Shown: positions 7,551 through 18,207, counted from the first letter of the stretch. The stretch: DNA of 32,063 nt from Microcoleaceae cyanobacterium (GCA_051652765.1 JBOFUV010000143.1:1-32063); one strand, 5' to 3'. Numbers and translations are program-made. The notes: generated by a model not told the origin, from the letters alone.

Positions 7551-7661
7551 ATTTGGCTAATAAACCAATATGCTTAACTGTAAAAACCTTACTACAGAGG
7601 CAATTTGGGGTAATACGTCAAGTTAGATACCCTATCTGATTTAACCAGAGAATGCAACGGG

Positions 7662-8438
7662 TTAGAATTTCTGCAGTTGAGCTTCTGGGCTAAAAAACTG
7701 TCGGCAAATCCTACTTGTTAATATCAAGCCAATCAGCAGCTCAGCAACAATCCCTAAAAATAACAGCAGAATCTGATAGGAAACGGCATCCAATGGACTC
7801 GCCCCAGCCAGGAGTTGCCCTGACAAAATCCCCGGAAGGGTGACAATTCCTACAATCATCATAGAATTTAGGCCCGGAGCTAGCCCTGCTCGAATTGCCG
7901 CTCGACGATAAGCGCTAACTGACCGTTGGGGAGTTGCCCCTAAACTGAGGTGAGTTTCAATTTCAGTTTGGTTGTAGTTCAAGGCATTAACGAGGTGCTC
8001 CCCAGCGATCGCCGCTCCATTCATCCCGTTTCCTAAAATGACGGCAACCAAGGGGACAAGGTACTGGGGATCGGCCCAGTTTGGGGGTTGAATGATTAAA
8101 AATTGGGCATAGCTGACGACCAAAACGGTACTGAGTAGCAAACTCCCCCAAACCCAGAAAAATAAGTGCGGTAGGGTGCGGCTAATCCGGTTTCGGGTGA
8201 CGACGGCAACGAGGAGAGACAAAACCAAAAGGAAAGCCAGGGTTACCCCAGTATTGGGGCTTTCGAGATCAAACACAATGGCCAGACCATAGCCTACTAT
8301 CCCCAATTGCACAATGGTTCTAGCCGCAGCGATCGCGAGTGATACTTCTAACCCAAGATGTTGCCAAGCTGAAAGAGCGATCGCGATCGCCATCAACCCC
8401 ACCACCAAAATTAAATCTATGAAATCAAGTGCAATCAT
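7662..8438 (-). CDS. fetB: ABC transporter permease, FetB/YbbM (UPF0014) family
   Basis: AARTIVQL..VGY, ILGNGMN, EIETHLSLGAT, GIVTLPG..SGQLLAGASPLDAVSYQ. Confidence 0.9.
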   Translation of the reverse strand: MIALDFIDLILVVGLMAIAIALSAWQHLGLEVSLAIAAARTIVQLGIVGYGLAIVFDLESPNTGVTLAFLLVLSLLVAVVTRNRISRTLPHLFFWVWGSLLLSTVLVVSYAQFLIIQPPNWADPQYLVPLVAVILGNGMNGAAIAGEHLVNALNYNQTEIETHLSLGATPQRSVSAYRRAAIRAGLAPGLNSMMIVGIVTLPGILSGQLLAGASPLDAVSYQILLLFLGIVAELLIGLILTSRICRQFFSPEAQLQKF

Positions 8439-8548
8439 TCGTCTGGATGTGCCATTATCCTAGTTAGTTTAATCCTGATCACTGGACTGGTGAACAACTT
8501 AACAATTTGACAGATTTTTCCAAGACGGTTGTTGGATCACTCCTGTAA

Positions 8549-9238
8549 TTACAACTTTCCCTGGTGCTTTAATCTGACAAGGGCATCCTCAGCAGCCTGT
8601 TTTTCTGCATCTTTTTTACTGCGACCTTCTCCTTGGCCATATTCTTGCTGATCTACAAGAACCTGGGCAGAAAAATGAGGGGAGTGATCTGGCCCACCAA
8701 TTTTTTCAGTCTTATACCAGGGGGTTATAGGGCCAAGATTGGCCTGAACCCATTCCTGCAACTGATTTTTGACATCAACATTAGAGCGAGAACTCAAACT
8801 CTGTTCGGGAACAGACGCAAAGAGCTGTTCGATCAGGGGTCGTATTTCCTCAACATTTGATCCCTTATCCAGGTAATAAGCTCCCACAACGGCCTCGAAA
8901 GTGCTACTCAAGAGATTATCATTCTGAAATCCTCCCTCCCGAATTGCTCCTTTACCCAGTCGCATTTTTAAATCCAAGCCGATAGTCACTGCAAATCGAG
9001 CCAGTTGCTTTTCGTTCACCAACGCCGCCCGCCGTCGGGTCATTTCATCCTCGCCCAAAGGAGGTTCTTTGTTGTACCAATACTGTCCACTGAGGAAGTT
9101 CAGAATAGCATCCCCCAAAAACTCTAACCGTTCGTTGTCTTCCTCTTTCAACAAGGGATTTTCATTCACATAGGAACGATGGGTTAAAGCCTGACGCAGC
9201 AATTGCTGATTATCAAAGTTGAATAGGGGATGAGACAT
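8549..9238 (-). CDS. rnc: Ribonuclease III (start may extend to 9268)
   Basis: ALTHRSY, NERLEFLGDAIL signature, FEAVVGAYYLD, C-terminal dsRBD (GPDH...G.GRSKKDAEKQAA). Confidence 0.95.
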   Translation of the reverse strand: MSHPLFNFDNQQLLRQALTHRSYVNENPLLKEEDNERLEFLGDAILNFLSGQYWYNKEPPLGEDEMTRRRAALVNEKQLARFAVTIGLDLKMRLGKGAIREGGFQNDNLLSSTFEAVVGAYYLDKGSNVEEIRPLIEQLFASVPEQSLSSRSNVDVKNQLQEWVQANLGPITPWYKTEKIGGPDHSPHFSAQVLVDQQEYGQGEGRSKKDAEKQAAEDALVRLKHQGKL

Positions 9239-9393
9239 TCTATTTCTCAGTTCTTGAGATTGATGCATGACTTCTTCGATCTGAACAGCATCTCACAGGT
9301 CTTAGGTCGGGCATGGTTGTTTGTCCAGCGGGGGCGCTCATGCAGTTTTGTTTGCGTTATGAACTACTCTACTTCAGTTCAGAGAGTTAACGC

Positions 9394-10248
9394 TTAGCTT
9401 AACGCTTTTAAAACAGCCTGTTGAGCAACGGTCTGATAAACGTTCTGCAAGTTTTCCATCACCAATTGACTGCTCAATTCAAGCTGATCGGGGGTTGCAG
9501 TTGAGTCTATTGAGCCTAAAGGAATTGTCCCCAATCGGTCTAACACAGTTTCCGAACTGGGTGAAGGTGTGATCACCACGAGGGAGGATTCTAGCTGTTC
9601 TTTGTAATGCCAGAATTGATGAAGTTGAAGCAGTGAAACAGGAGGCATTAACACTGTTTCATTAGGGTTTAATGCATGGGCTTCATGGGGCTGGGAAGAG
9701 CAACGCAAGTTCCGTAATAGATCGCCAATTTCAGCTTGAGTTCGTCCTCGCAATTGGAACAATATAAATGGGTCTTCACTGAAGCGATCGCCAAGCATAT
9801 AGTAAATAGCGCCAATATGTTTACAGGGGTTGGCTTTGTCAGGGCAACTACAGTGAGCATGAACTTCATCTAGGGCAAATGGAAATAATCGTAATCCATT
9901 GGTTGAAAAAACCTCTTCAATATCTTGAGGCATTTCTCCAGCCAATAACTTTGCTGAAAAGATGGCTTTTTGAGATAGGGTTTCCATCACATAGTTCCAC
10001 TCGTCTGTACTGAACCTATCGAGCCACAACGAAACTTGATACGGTTCTGCTTGAGTGCCTTGAACTTGAGCATAGACTTTTTGATCTTTGAATTCTATTT
10101 TCAAGACATTTCCCTGTCGAGCATAATCTCTAGCCCGTTCTAACCGTTTTTTAAAGCGATATTTATCGAGCAGATCTAACCATTGTTGAGACCACCATTC
10201 TCGATTGGTTTGTATAGAATCCTCAGTCATGGCTTTATTCATCTTCAT
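9394..10248 (-). CDS. SWIM zinc finger protein
   Basis: CSCPDKANPCKH motif, RLERARDYARQG, DPFILFQLRG. Overlaps the SNF2 gene end. Confidence 0.92.
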   Translation of the reverse strand: MKMNKAMTEDSIQTNREWWSQQWLDLLDKYRFKKRLERARDYARQGNVLKIEFKDQKVYAQVQGTQAEPYQVSLWLDRFSTDEWNYVMETLSQKAIFSAKLLAGEMPQDIEEVFSTNGLRLFPFALDEVHAHCSCPDKANPCKHIGAIYYMLGDRFSEDPFILFQLRGRTQAEIGDLLRNLRCSSQPHEAHALNPNETVLMPPVSLLQLHQFWHYKEQLESSLVVITPSPSSETVLDRLGTIPLGSIDSTATPDQLELSSQLVMENLQNVYQTVAQQAVLKALS

Positions 10249-13200
10249 TAATCACACTATTTCGATCTAATAACAGCAGATCTCGCAACTGGTTAGAGTC
10301 TAATTCTGTTAACCAGCTTTCTCCGGCTCCGACAACCTGTTCTGCTAAAGTTTTTTTACTTTCAATTAATTCATGAATTTTCTCTTCCAGGGTTCCACTA
10401 CAAACGAACTTATGCACCTGAACATTGCGGGTTTGACCAATCCGAAAGGCTCGATCCGTCGCCTGATTTTCTACGGCTGGATTCCACCATCGATCAAAGT
10501 GAAAAACATGGGTTGCTCTAGTCAGGTTCAAGCCCACGCCCCCCGCCTTTAACGAGAGAATAAAAATCGGAGGCCCTTGAGGATCATGTTGAAATTGATC
10601 CACCATTTCTTCCCGTTGAGCTTTACGGGTTCCGCCGTAAAGAAACAAAGTTTTACAGTTTAAATGCTGTTCGAGATAAGGCTGTAATCGTTTGCCCCAT
10701 TCGGCAAATTGGGTAAAGATTAACGTGCGATCGCCCTCTGCTAAAATCTCCTCTAGCATTTCATGAAGTCGCTGCAATTTACCAGAATGTTGAGCGTTAA
10801 GGGTTGTCCCTATTGCCTGGGACTTTGCCTGAATTAAACTCGGATGATTGCAGAGTTGTTTTAGCCTCACTAATAACGCCAAAATCAAACCTCGTCGTTG
10901 AATACCATCGGCGGCATCAATTGTACTTAAAAATTCATCAACGGTACTTTGATAAAGGGCAGCTTGCTCCCTAGAAAGGGAACAAAACACGGCATTTTCC
11001 TGCTTATCAGGCAAGTCTTGAATAATATCTTTGTCCGTTTTGAGACGACGCAAAATAAAAGGTTGGATCAGCGATCGCAAAGTTTGCAGAGAATCTGTAT
11101 CTCCATATTTTTCAATCGGAATTGCAAATCGCCGCTGAAAAAAGGGTAACTGACCTAAATAGCCCGGATTAAGAAAATCCATAATCGACCAAAGTTCAGA
11201 CAGACGATTTTCTAACGGAGTTCCCGTCAAGGCAATTTTAAACGATGCCTCTAAGCTTTTCACTGTTTTTGATTGTTTGGCTTCAGGATTCTTAATATTT
11301 TGAGCTTCATCCAAAACAATGCCTTGCCAAGGAACAGTTTTTAGTTCTTTTTCATCTCGAAACATCAGCGGATAACTGGTAATGACCAAGTTGTTTTGTT
11401 GAGCAACTTGGGCAAAGCTTTTGCCTTTGACACGTTTTTCACCGTGATGAACAATGGCTTTTAAAGTGGGAGCAAACCGTTTGACTTCCCGTTCCCAATT
11501 GCCTAAAACAGAGGTTGGACAAACGAGTAATACCGGATTTTTCAAGGTTTCTTGATCTTGCAGATACAGTAGAAAAGCGATCAGTTCAATGGTTTTGCCA
11601 AGGCCCATGTCGTCAGCGAGACAGGCTCCCAATCCCCAGTGTTCTAAAAAGGCGAGCCAACTGACCCCTTTGGCCTGGTAGGGACGCAACTCTCCGCGAA
11701 ACTGTTCTGGGGTTTTTATTTCCTGGAGGGATTGATTGCAGGTTAAGGTTTGTAAAATTTCTTGGAGTTTCCCCTCGGCCTCAAAACGAACGACGGGCAG
11801 CTTCTCAATGGTTTGAGTGTCTCCCGTTGCCAACCGCAGGGCATCTTCTAAAGTCAGCTCCATTTTGTTTTTGCGACTGGCAAAGAAGGCTTTTGCAGAA
11901 CGAACGTCTAAGGGGCGCAGTTCCACCCATTCACCATTGACTTCAACGAGGGGACTGTTCTGGGCAACAAGCCCCTCAAACTCTGTCTGCGTTAAAGTTT
12001 GGCCTCCAATTGAAATTTTCCACTGAAAATTCAGCAAGCTATTCAGTCCGAGGCGTTTTTTGGGATCAAGTTTTAACGGTTCAGATCGCAAGCTCAACCC
12101 TAGACGGTTTGCCCAGCCCTCCCGATTGGCAAGACTTGGAGGCAAAATCACCCCTAACCCACTGTCAGCAAATCGCCAAGCCGTAGTTTTTAGGAATTCA
12201 TAGGCTTGAATAGGAGTCAACAAACATCCTTGGGGTTGGGCTACTTGCAGGCTAGAGTCCAGCACCGGATACAGACGAGAGGCAATGCCCAAGCCCCGCA
12301 GTAATGTTTCCTGGGGGGAATGAACGATACGCCCCCGATAGCTTAGGGCCTCAACGGGATACTGCCAAATCGTCAGGGCATTGACGGTAAATTCAGGATC
12401 GTCGATGGCCTGAAGACAGTACTCAAGCTGCCATTCTTGCCGATCTATTCCTGGGGGCAGAAGTTGAAATCCGACCCGGAATGTATTACCTTGACCAAGG
12501 GTCGATTGCAGAGGGGTCAACCAGGCTTTCAGGGTCGTTTCTAGGGCTTCCAATTCTGCTAAATCAGCAGTGTTCAGCACACTATTCGGCAAGGTTTGGG
12601 AGGCTGGCGCTAGACCCTGCAACCAGTCTGCCACACTCTTGGGCAAATGATTCTGAGGGGTAACCTGTGCCAATTCCCCTGCACCCTTTTGGACTTGGGC
12701 ATCAACGGCAGTTTGCAAAAAGTTGGACAAGATCTCTGCGGCGGGTTTGGGCACGTCAAGGACTAGCGGGATAGGGCCAAAACCTTCGGGGGAATGTCCC
12801 TGGGGATTAGGTGTTGAGGTGGGTGCTAACTCGGTTGCTAACCCTGGGAATTGTTGATACAGGCGGCACACCGTTGGCATGTGGTCAGTAAACCGCAACA
12901 ATCGGCCTTGATCAACGGCTCCGTCCAGTAGGGGTTGCCACTGGGCAACGAACACTCCATTGACCTGTTGAAGGGTCGGTAGAAACTTCCCCCGGGCCAG
13001 CAAATCTAAAATCCAGCGACTAACATGAGACCAGAATCGCAAATCCTCTCCCAGAACTACATCGGCTTCTACAACGTTGCCGAGAGGTAAGGTCTGCAAA
13101 AAACTCAAGGCTGCCGAGCTGTCTAAACGAATCCCTGGAACAGCCCACGGAAACAAAAACACAGCACTTTGATCATCACTTTGAGCATCCTCTGATTCTG

Positions 13201-13576
13201 GGGTGAGAGACCCTGAATAAATCGGGCTGAGTTGTCCTGTTGTTACATCAATCTGAGTTGGTAAAGCAATGATCTCTACGGTAATTGCTGTTTCCGGAAA
13301 GAGCGGTTGGGGATGCTTCGTCAACCAGGCCGAGAGTTCTGAGACCGTCATTGCAAACGGATACAAACCATTGGGGATAACTTCCTGAGAATCACCAAAG
13401 CCCCAAGAATCAAAGATTTCATCCGGGACGGTTAGAGGTTCTGGAATGCGCCGCCAGGTTTCTAGCCAAACAAAAAAATAACTGATTTGAGAGCGTTGAG
13501 CGTGCTTTGTCTGACCATTATTCCAACTACCTGTGTTCCAACTACCTGTGTTCCAACTACCGCGCAAAACAGCCAT
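10235..13576 (-). CDS. SNF2-family helicase/ATPase (DUF3670-type N-terminal region)
   Basis: LRPYQ, LADDMGLGKT, DEAQ, LTGTPLENRL, SLKAGGVGLNL, WWNPAVENQATDRAFRIGQ. Confidence 0.96.
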   Translation of the reverse strand: MAVLRGSWNTGSWNTGSWNNGQTKHAQRSQISYFFVWLETWRRIPEPLTVPDEIFDSWGFGDSQEVIPNGLYPFAMTVSELSAWLTKHPQPLFPETAITVEIIALPTQIDVTTGQLSPIYSGSLTPESEDAQSDDQSAVFLFPWAVPGIRLDSSAALSFLQTLPLGNVVEADVVLGEDLRFWSHVSRWILDLLARGKFLPTLQQVNGVFVAQWQPLLDGAVDQGRLLRFTDHMPTVCRLYQQFPGLATELAPTSTPNPQGHSPEGFGPIPLVLDVPKPAAEILSNFLQTAVDAQVQKGAGELAQVTPQNHLPKSVADWLQGLAPASQTLPNSVLNTADLAELEALETTLKAWLTPLQSTLGQGNTFRVGFQLLPPGIDRQEWQLEYCLQAIDDPEFTVNALTIWQYPVEALSYRGRIVHSPQETLLRGLGIASRLYPVLDSSLQVAQPQGCLLTPIQAYEFLKTTAWRFADSGLGVILPPSLANREGWANRLGLSLRSEPLKLDPKKRLGLNSLLNFQWKISIGGQTLTQTEFEGLVAQNSPLVEVNGEWVELRPLDVRSAKAFFASRKNKMELTLEDALRLATGDTQTIEKLPVVRFEAEGKLQEILQTLTCNQSLQEIKTPEQFRGELRPYQAKGVSWLAFLEHWGLGACLADDMGLGKTIELIAFLLYLQDQETLKNPVLLVCPTSVLGNWEREVKRFAPTLKAIVHHGEKRVKGKSFAQVAQQNNLVITSYPLMFRDEKELKTVPWQGIVLDEAQNIKNPEAKQSKTVKSLEASFKIALTGTPLENRLSELWSIMDFLNPGYLGQLPFFQRRFAIPIEKYGDTDSLQTLRSLIQPFILRRLKTDKDIIQDLPDKQENAVFCSLSREQAALYQSTVDEFLSTIDAADGIQRRGLILALLVRLKQLCNHPSLIQAKSQAIGTTLNAQHSGKLQRLHEMLEEILAEGDRTLIFTQFAEWGKRLQPYLEQHLNCKTLFLYGGTRKAQREEMVDQFQHDPQGPPIFILSLKAGGVGLNLTRATHVFHFDRWWNPAVENQATDRAFRIGQTRNVQVHKFVCSGTLEEKIHELIESKKTLAEQVVGAGESWLTELDSNQLRDLLLLDRNSVINEDE
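13521..13561. repeat. In-frame 15-bp tandem repeat (GSWNT x ~3)
   Basis: TTCCAACTACCTGTG twice plus a partial copy. Confidence 0.9.
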
Positions 13577-14323
13577 CTGAAACTAACCCTCAGGTTTACA
13601 GCTTTTCAATTCCCCAATCCCAACTATTAAGCCCATGAGTTAAATGCGTTCTTCCCTTAAGCTCGACTGAACATCCCTGCCCCTAACTTTCATAATAGAT
13701 GAACAGTACAGATGAACCCTACAGAAGGTTCCCTCTGTCTAATCCTTTGTCTAATAAAGTTCAACGAGAGTAAGGTTTGGTTTGACGATATGAACAACTC
13801 CTCCTATCTAAAGTATAATAAGCAACTGGATTTCAGTTGTTGACAGCCCATCTCTCATGACGCTGAAATTGACTGAATAGAAGCCAAAGTTAGGTGAGGG
13901 AATAAACTCAAAATGATTTAGCGTTTAATGCAGACTCCTAAACCTGAATCTCAAGCACTTGTGAAGAACGGGTGAAAAACTATGACGTTAGTGTATCACT
14001 CTAGCTGACGATTCCCAAATCAGAATCTAGAGGATTGAACTAAGGCTCGATCGATACCCAGGCAATGTGCCAGTATTATAGGAGTCAGGTGTAGAAGTTA
14101 GGAAAACTACTCGGCTACGTTCCAAGGATGGGACATCTAAGTTTGAGTTTCTCTGAGGTTTGTGATCTGAAGCTTGTGAGTTGTTAGATTCAACCTATTA
14201 ACGCCATGCTTGCGAACCAACTCCAAGGTCACGGCAAACCCAGGAGAATGTCCCACTCTCCAGTGCGTAGTGTTACGATGGCGAACAAAATCGAAATGCG
14301 ATCAGAGAAGGAAGATGGAATAA

Positions 14324-16489
14324 ATGGAAGAAATCAATAAGTCAATATCTTTTGATGGTCGGGATATTGAACTCAGAATTGGATTGCTTGCGCCACAGGC
14401 AGGTGGAGCCCTTTTGATTGAGTCAGGAGACACCTCAGTTTTAGTCACTGCAACTCGTGCTGAGAGCAGACCCGGAATTGATTTTCTACCCTTGTTGGTT
14501 GATTATGAAGAACGCCTCTACGCCGGAGGTCGCATTCCAGGGGGGTTCTTGCGTCGGGAAGGTCGTCCGCCAGACCGAGTGACTTTAACTAGTCGATTGA
14601 TTGACCGTCCGCTTCGACCTCTCATTCCCGATTGGATACGAGATGATATTCAGGTCGTGGCAACAACGCTCTCAATGGATGAACAGGTACCTCCAGATGT
14701 GTTGGCCGTCACTGGGGCTTCTGTCGCAGTTTTACTGGCCCGAATTCCTTTTTATGGGCCAATGGCGGCTGTCCGGGTGGGGTTAGTGGGGGACGATTTT
14801 ATTATTAATCCCACCTACAAAGAAATCAAGAGCGGTGATTTGGATTTGGTCGTGGCTGGATCTCCCGATGGAGTCATCATGGTGGAGGCAGGAGCCAGCC
14901 AACTGCCAGAACAGGATATCATTGAGGCGATTGACTTTGGCTATGAAGCAGTTGCCGACCTGATTCGCGCCCAGCGAGAGATTGTGCAGGAGTTGGGAAT
15001 TGAGATTTCAGCGGGAGAGCCGCCTCAAGAAAATTCAACTCTGGTAGAGTTCATCCAGAGTCGTACAACGGATCAAATCAAGCAGATTTTGACCCAGTAC
15101 GAAATGGGCAAGCCAGAACGGGATGCAGCCCTGGATGTGATTAAGGCGCAGGAAGTCTTGGAGGCGATCGCCCAATTGCCAGAGGGCGATCCGTTACAGG
15201 TTCTTACAACTGGGGATTCCAAGGCCGTGAGTCGGGTCTTCAAAGGTCTAACTCGTACCTTGATGCGGAAGCAGATCCTGGATGAAGGCGTGCGGGTGGA
15301 TGGCCGCAAATTGGATGAGGTTCGTGCTGTTTCCTGTCGCGTGAGCTGTTTGCCCAAGCGCGTTCATGGTAGCGCTCTGTTCAACCGGGGATTGACTCAG
15401 GTGTTGTCCATTGCTACCCTGGGGACTCCTGGAGATGCTCAAGATCTGGATGATCTGCATCCTCAGGACGAAAAGCGCTACATGCATCACTACAATTTCC
15501 CCCCCTACTCTGTGGGAGAAACTCGACCCATGCGATCGCCCGGACGGCGAGAAATTGGCCATGGCGCGCTAGCAGAACGGGCCTTAATTCCGGTTTTGCC
15601 CTCCAAGGAACAGTTTCCCTATGTCATTCGTGTTGTCTCTGAAGTCTTGTCTTCCAATGGATCAACTTCTATGGGTTCGGTTTGTGGCTCGACCTTGTCT
15701 TTAATGGATGCTGGAGTTCCGATTACCAAGCCTGTCAGTGGTGCAGCCATGGGTCTGATCAAGGAAGGAGATGAAGTTCGGATTCTGACTGACATCCAGG
15801 GAATTGAAGACTTCTTAGGAGATATGGACTTTAAGGTGGCGGGTACCGATACAGGGATCACCGCCTTGCAGATGGACATGAAGATCACAGGGCTCCCCCT
15901 GGCAGTGATTGCCGAGGCGATCAACCAAGCGCGACCTGCCCGGTTACATATTCTGGAGAAAATGTTGGCAACCCTGGAGAAACCCCGACCGGATCTCTCT
16001 CCCTTTGCCCCCCGTTTGTTGACCATGAAAATCGATCCAGAATTAATCGGTCTGGTGATTGGGCCAGGAGGGAAAACCATTAAGGGCATCACTGAAGAAA
16101 CCGGAGTCAAAATCGACATCGATGATGACGGAACGGTGACAATTGCCTCGACCGAAAGTGAAAAGGCGGCTCGGGCTTGCCAGATCATTCAGGGCATGAC
16201 GCGCAAGCTCAATTCAGGAGATGTTTACGTGGGTAAGATCACCCGGATTATTCAGATTGGGGCCTTTGTAGAAATTTTGCCCGGAAAGGAAGGCATGATC
16301 CACATTTCCCAATTGGCTGACTACCGAGTGCCTCGGGTTGAGGATGAAGTTGCCGTCGGGGATGAAGTGATTGTCAAGGTTCGAGAAATTGACAATAAAG
16401 GTCGTATCAACCTGACTCGTCTGAATATTCATCCTGACGAAGCTGCTGCAGCACGGGTTGCCGCTGGAGTGGCGATGGCGACTCCCTAA
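14324..16489 (+). CDS. pnp: Polyribonucleotide nucleotidyltransferase (PNPase)
   Basis: Two RNase PH domains ([38 protein letters not shown]), KH (IGPGGK), S1. Confidence 0.98.
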   Translation: MEEINKSISFDGRDIELRIGLLAPQAGGALLIESGDTSVLVTATRAESRPGIDFLPLLVDYEERLYAGGRIPGGFLRREGRPPDRVTLTSRLIDRPLRPLIPDWIRDDIQVVATTLSMDEQVPPDVLAVTGASVAVLLARIPFYGPMAAVRVGLVGDDFIINPTYKEIKSGDLDLVVAGSPDGVIMVEAGASQLPEQDIIEAIDFGYEAVADLIRAQREIVQELGIEISAGEPPQENSTLVEFIQSRTTDQIKQILTQYEMGKPERDAALDVIKAQEVLEAIAQLPEGDPLQVLTTGDSKAVSRVFKGLTRTLMRKQILDEGVRVDGRKLDEVRAVSCRVSCLPKRVHGSALFNRGLTQVLSIATLGTPGDAQDLDDLHPQDEKRYMHHYNFPPYSVGETRPMRSPGRREIGHGALAERALIPVLPSKEQFPYVIRVVSEVLSSNGSTSMGSVCGSTLSLMDAGVPITKPVSGAAMGLIKEGDEVRILTDIQGIEDFLGDMDFKVAGTDTGITALQMDMKITGLPLAVIAEAINQARPARLHILEKMLATLEKPRPDLSPFAPRLLTMKIDPELIGLVIGPGGKTIKGITEETGVKIDIDDDGTVTIASTESEKAARACQIIQGMTRKLNSGDVYVGKITRIIQIGAFVEILPGKEGMIHISQLADYRVPRVEDEVAVGDEVIVKVREIDNKGRINLTRLNIHPDEAAAARVAAGVAMATP

Positions 16490-16521
16490 AGAAGATCTGA
16501 ACTGTGGCATCAACAATCATC

Positions 16522-16540
16522 AGGTGGGCAATGCCCACCT
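16522..16540. repeat. REP-like palindrome downstream of pnp
   Basis: AGGTGGGCA-A-TGCCCACCT. Confidence 0.65.
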
Positions 16541-16869
16541 TGCCAAGCAAACACAGCAGATTGACTTGATGTGTTTTGTAAGGCCAGCTAAAATTAAAGC
16601 TGGTTCTTATCAAAATTTCAAATCTAAAAAGCTCAGGTTAAGCCTTGAGGCAAGGGTCAATTTATTCGGTTCAACTCCCCTCGTGTTTTTATTGTGTCAA
16701 GCTTTTTGTGTCAAGTCTTGAGATCGAAAGTTGGCTTTTTACTCTATCTAGCTTGGGCATTTTATGATTTAAGAATTGTGATGACTATTACCCTTGATTT
16801 ATCCTCTTAAATATTGTCTTACTTCATTCTAAAAACATCATAGAAACTGCATAAAGTGGGGATTTAAAA

Positions 16870-17148
16870 ATGACTTTAGTACTTGACCGACTCCCTCAGG
16901 ATTTTGCTAATAAAGTGATGTGTTACTACCTCAATCAAACTCAAAAGGTGCAGGTAGCTCGGATCAGTAATATTACGAATTGGTATCTGGAGAGAGTGAT
17001 TTTTCCAGGAGAATATCTGCTATTTGAAGCTCCTTCGGATGCAGATTTAGAGATTTATCAGGCCAGCAAGGATGGTATTGAGCTACTTGAGCAACAGTTG
17101 TGTGAGCATCTACGGGTTGAGGAAGGAAATGAAATAGATACTCAGTAG
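16870..17148 (+). CDS. DUF1830 domain protein
   Basis: CYYLNQTQKVQVARISNITNWYLERVIFPGEYLLFEAP..A.LEIY is typical of this cyanobacterial family. Confidence 0.85.
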   Translation: MTLVLDRLPQDFANKVMCYYLNQTQKVQVARISNITNWYLERVIFPGEYLLFEAPSDADLEIYQASKDGIELLEQQLCEHLRVEEGNEIDTQ

Positions 17149-17419
17149 AATCAGTAGAATTAGTTGCTTGAATCCTAGATGCTCAGTGAATTTGTACCGG
17201 GTTAAGCTGTTTTAAAAGTACGGGTAGGTATTTATGTGCCATTTTTACCCCATGGTCAGAGAGCCGATAGAGTTTTTTGAAAGGCTTGGAAACCGTGAAA
17301 GATTGCTTGCCTGTTCCCTAGGGCTACTGATGAATTCAGGATCAGTGATGGAAACATCCTGAAATTCTTGTGAAAACACTGAACCTCTTAATGAGTTCAC
17401 TTACCGATCCTGACCACAG

Positions 17420-18193
17420 ATGAAAAATCTATCAAAATTGAACTGGATGCAGTCTTTGAAGTTTAAATCCTCTGGTTTTAAATCCTTTACCCGATTCGGT
17501 GAAATAGGGCTCGTGGGAGTGATCGCCCTCATCAGCTTGCCAGTCCTAGCCCAAGTTAACTTGGCCGTGATCACCGATATTCTCGGTAACACGGAAGAGG
17601 TTTTCATTGAGAATCAAGTTGCTCAAAAAAGTGATGATGCCAATCTAGGCGAAGAAGTCCGAACCGAGCAAGCCCGCGCTCAGCTTAGTTTCAACACTGG
17701 AGCTACCGGACGCATGATCCAAAATTCGGCAATTGTTGTGGGTCAATGTATTGAAGTCAATCAGGGCACAATTGTTGCGTCTGGCCCTGCTAATGGCTGT
17801 ATTGCAGGGTTTTCAGTCGGTGTTGAGGGGACAATCTATGTCATGAGTACGGATCAAGAGGGCATAGGGTCGATTAATGTTTTAGAGGGCCAGGTGCGAC
17901 TGGCCCCTCAAGATAACCCGAATGACCCTGACGCAATCACCCTGTCTGCGGGCCAAAGAATCAACCGTCTGACTCGCGGGTTGGCGTTGAGGAATCTTGT
18001 GATCGAACGCATCTCTCAACAGGAATATGAGCAGATCATTACAGGCCCACTATTTCGCGGCTATCGGCAACCTTTAGCCGGTCAGGAAAAAATTCAGCAA
18101 ATCTGCGATCGCCTTTATGGGAAGCAATGTGCAGCGGTGGGTGGGGAACTTCCTCAGATTGAGGAGGGCAAACCTATACGGGGACTATGGTAA
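17420..18193 (+). CDS. Exported FecR-domain-like protein
   Basis: Signal-like LVGVIALISLPVLAQ; GEEVRT...ARAQLSF..G...R..QNS, V.GT, VLEGQV. Confidence 0.7.
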   Translation: MKNLSKLNWMQSLKFKSSGFKSFTRFGEIGLVGVIALISLPVLAQVNLAVITDILGNTEEVFIENQVAQKSDDANLGEEVRTEQARAQLSFNTGATGRMIQNSAIVVGQCIEVNQGTIVASGPANGCIAGFSVGVEGTIYVMSTDQEGIGSINVLEGQVRLAPQDNPNDPDAITLSAGQRINRLTRGLALRNLVIERISQQEYEQIITGPLFRGYRQPLAGQEKIQQICDRLYGKQCAAVGGELPQIEEGKPIRGLW

Positions 18194-18207
18194 AGTCCGG
18201 GAGAACA

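Larger units (their letters stand above)
1..7625. mobile_element. Integrated phage-satellite/plasmid-like element (left end lies outside the window)
   Basis: Regulators, DUF3987 Rep, iteron arrays and tyrosine integrase cluster together, followed by arm-type repeats. Conserved host genes resume at 7662. Right boundary is approximate. Confidence 0.85.

Noticed and set aside
14601..16721. Short ORFs overlapping pnp (and similar ones within SNF2, WD40, era, int, rnc and the SLH gene)
   Set aside because: Shadow frames of well-supported genes with no recognisable motifs
16778..16791. NtcA/CRP-like site GTG-N8-TAC upstream of DUF1830
   Set aside because: Non-consensus, and the nearest TAN3T is 20 nt away rather than the usual ~22
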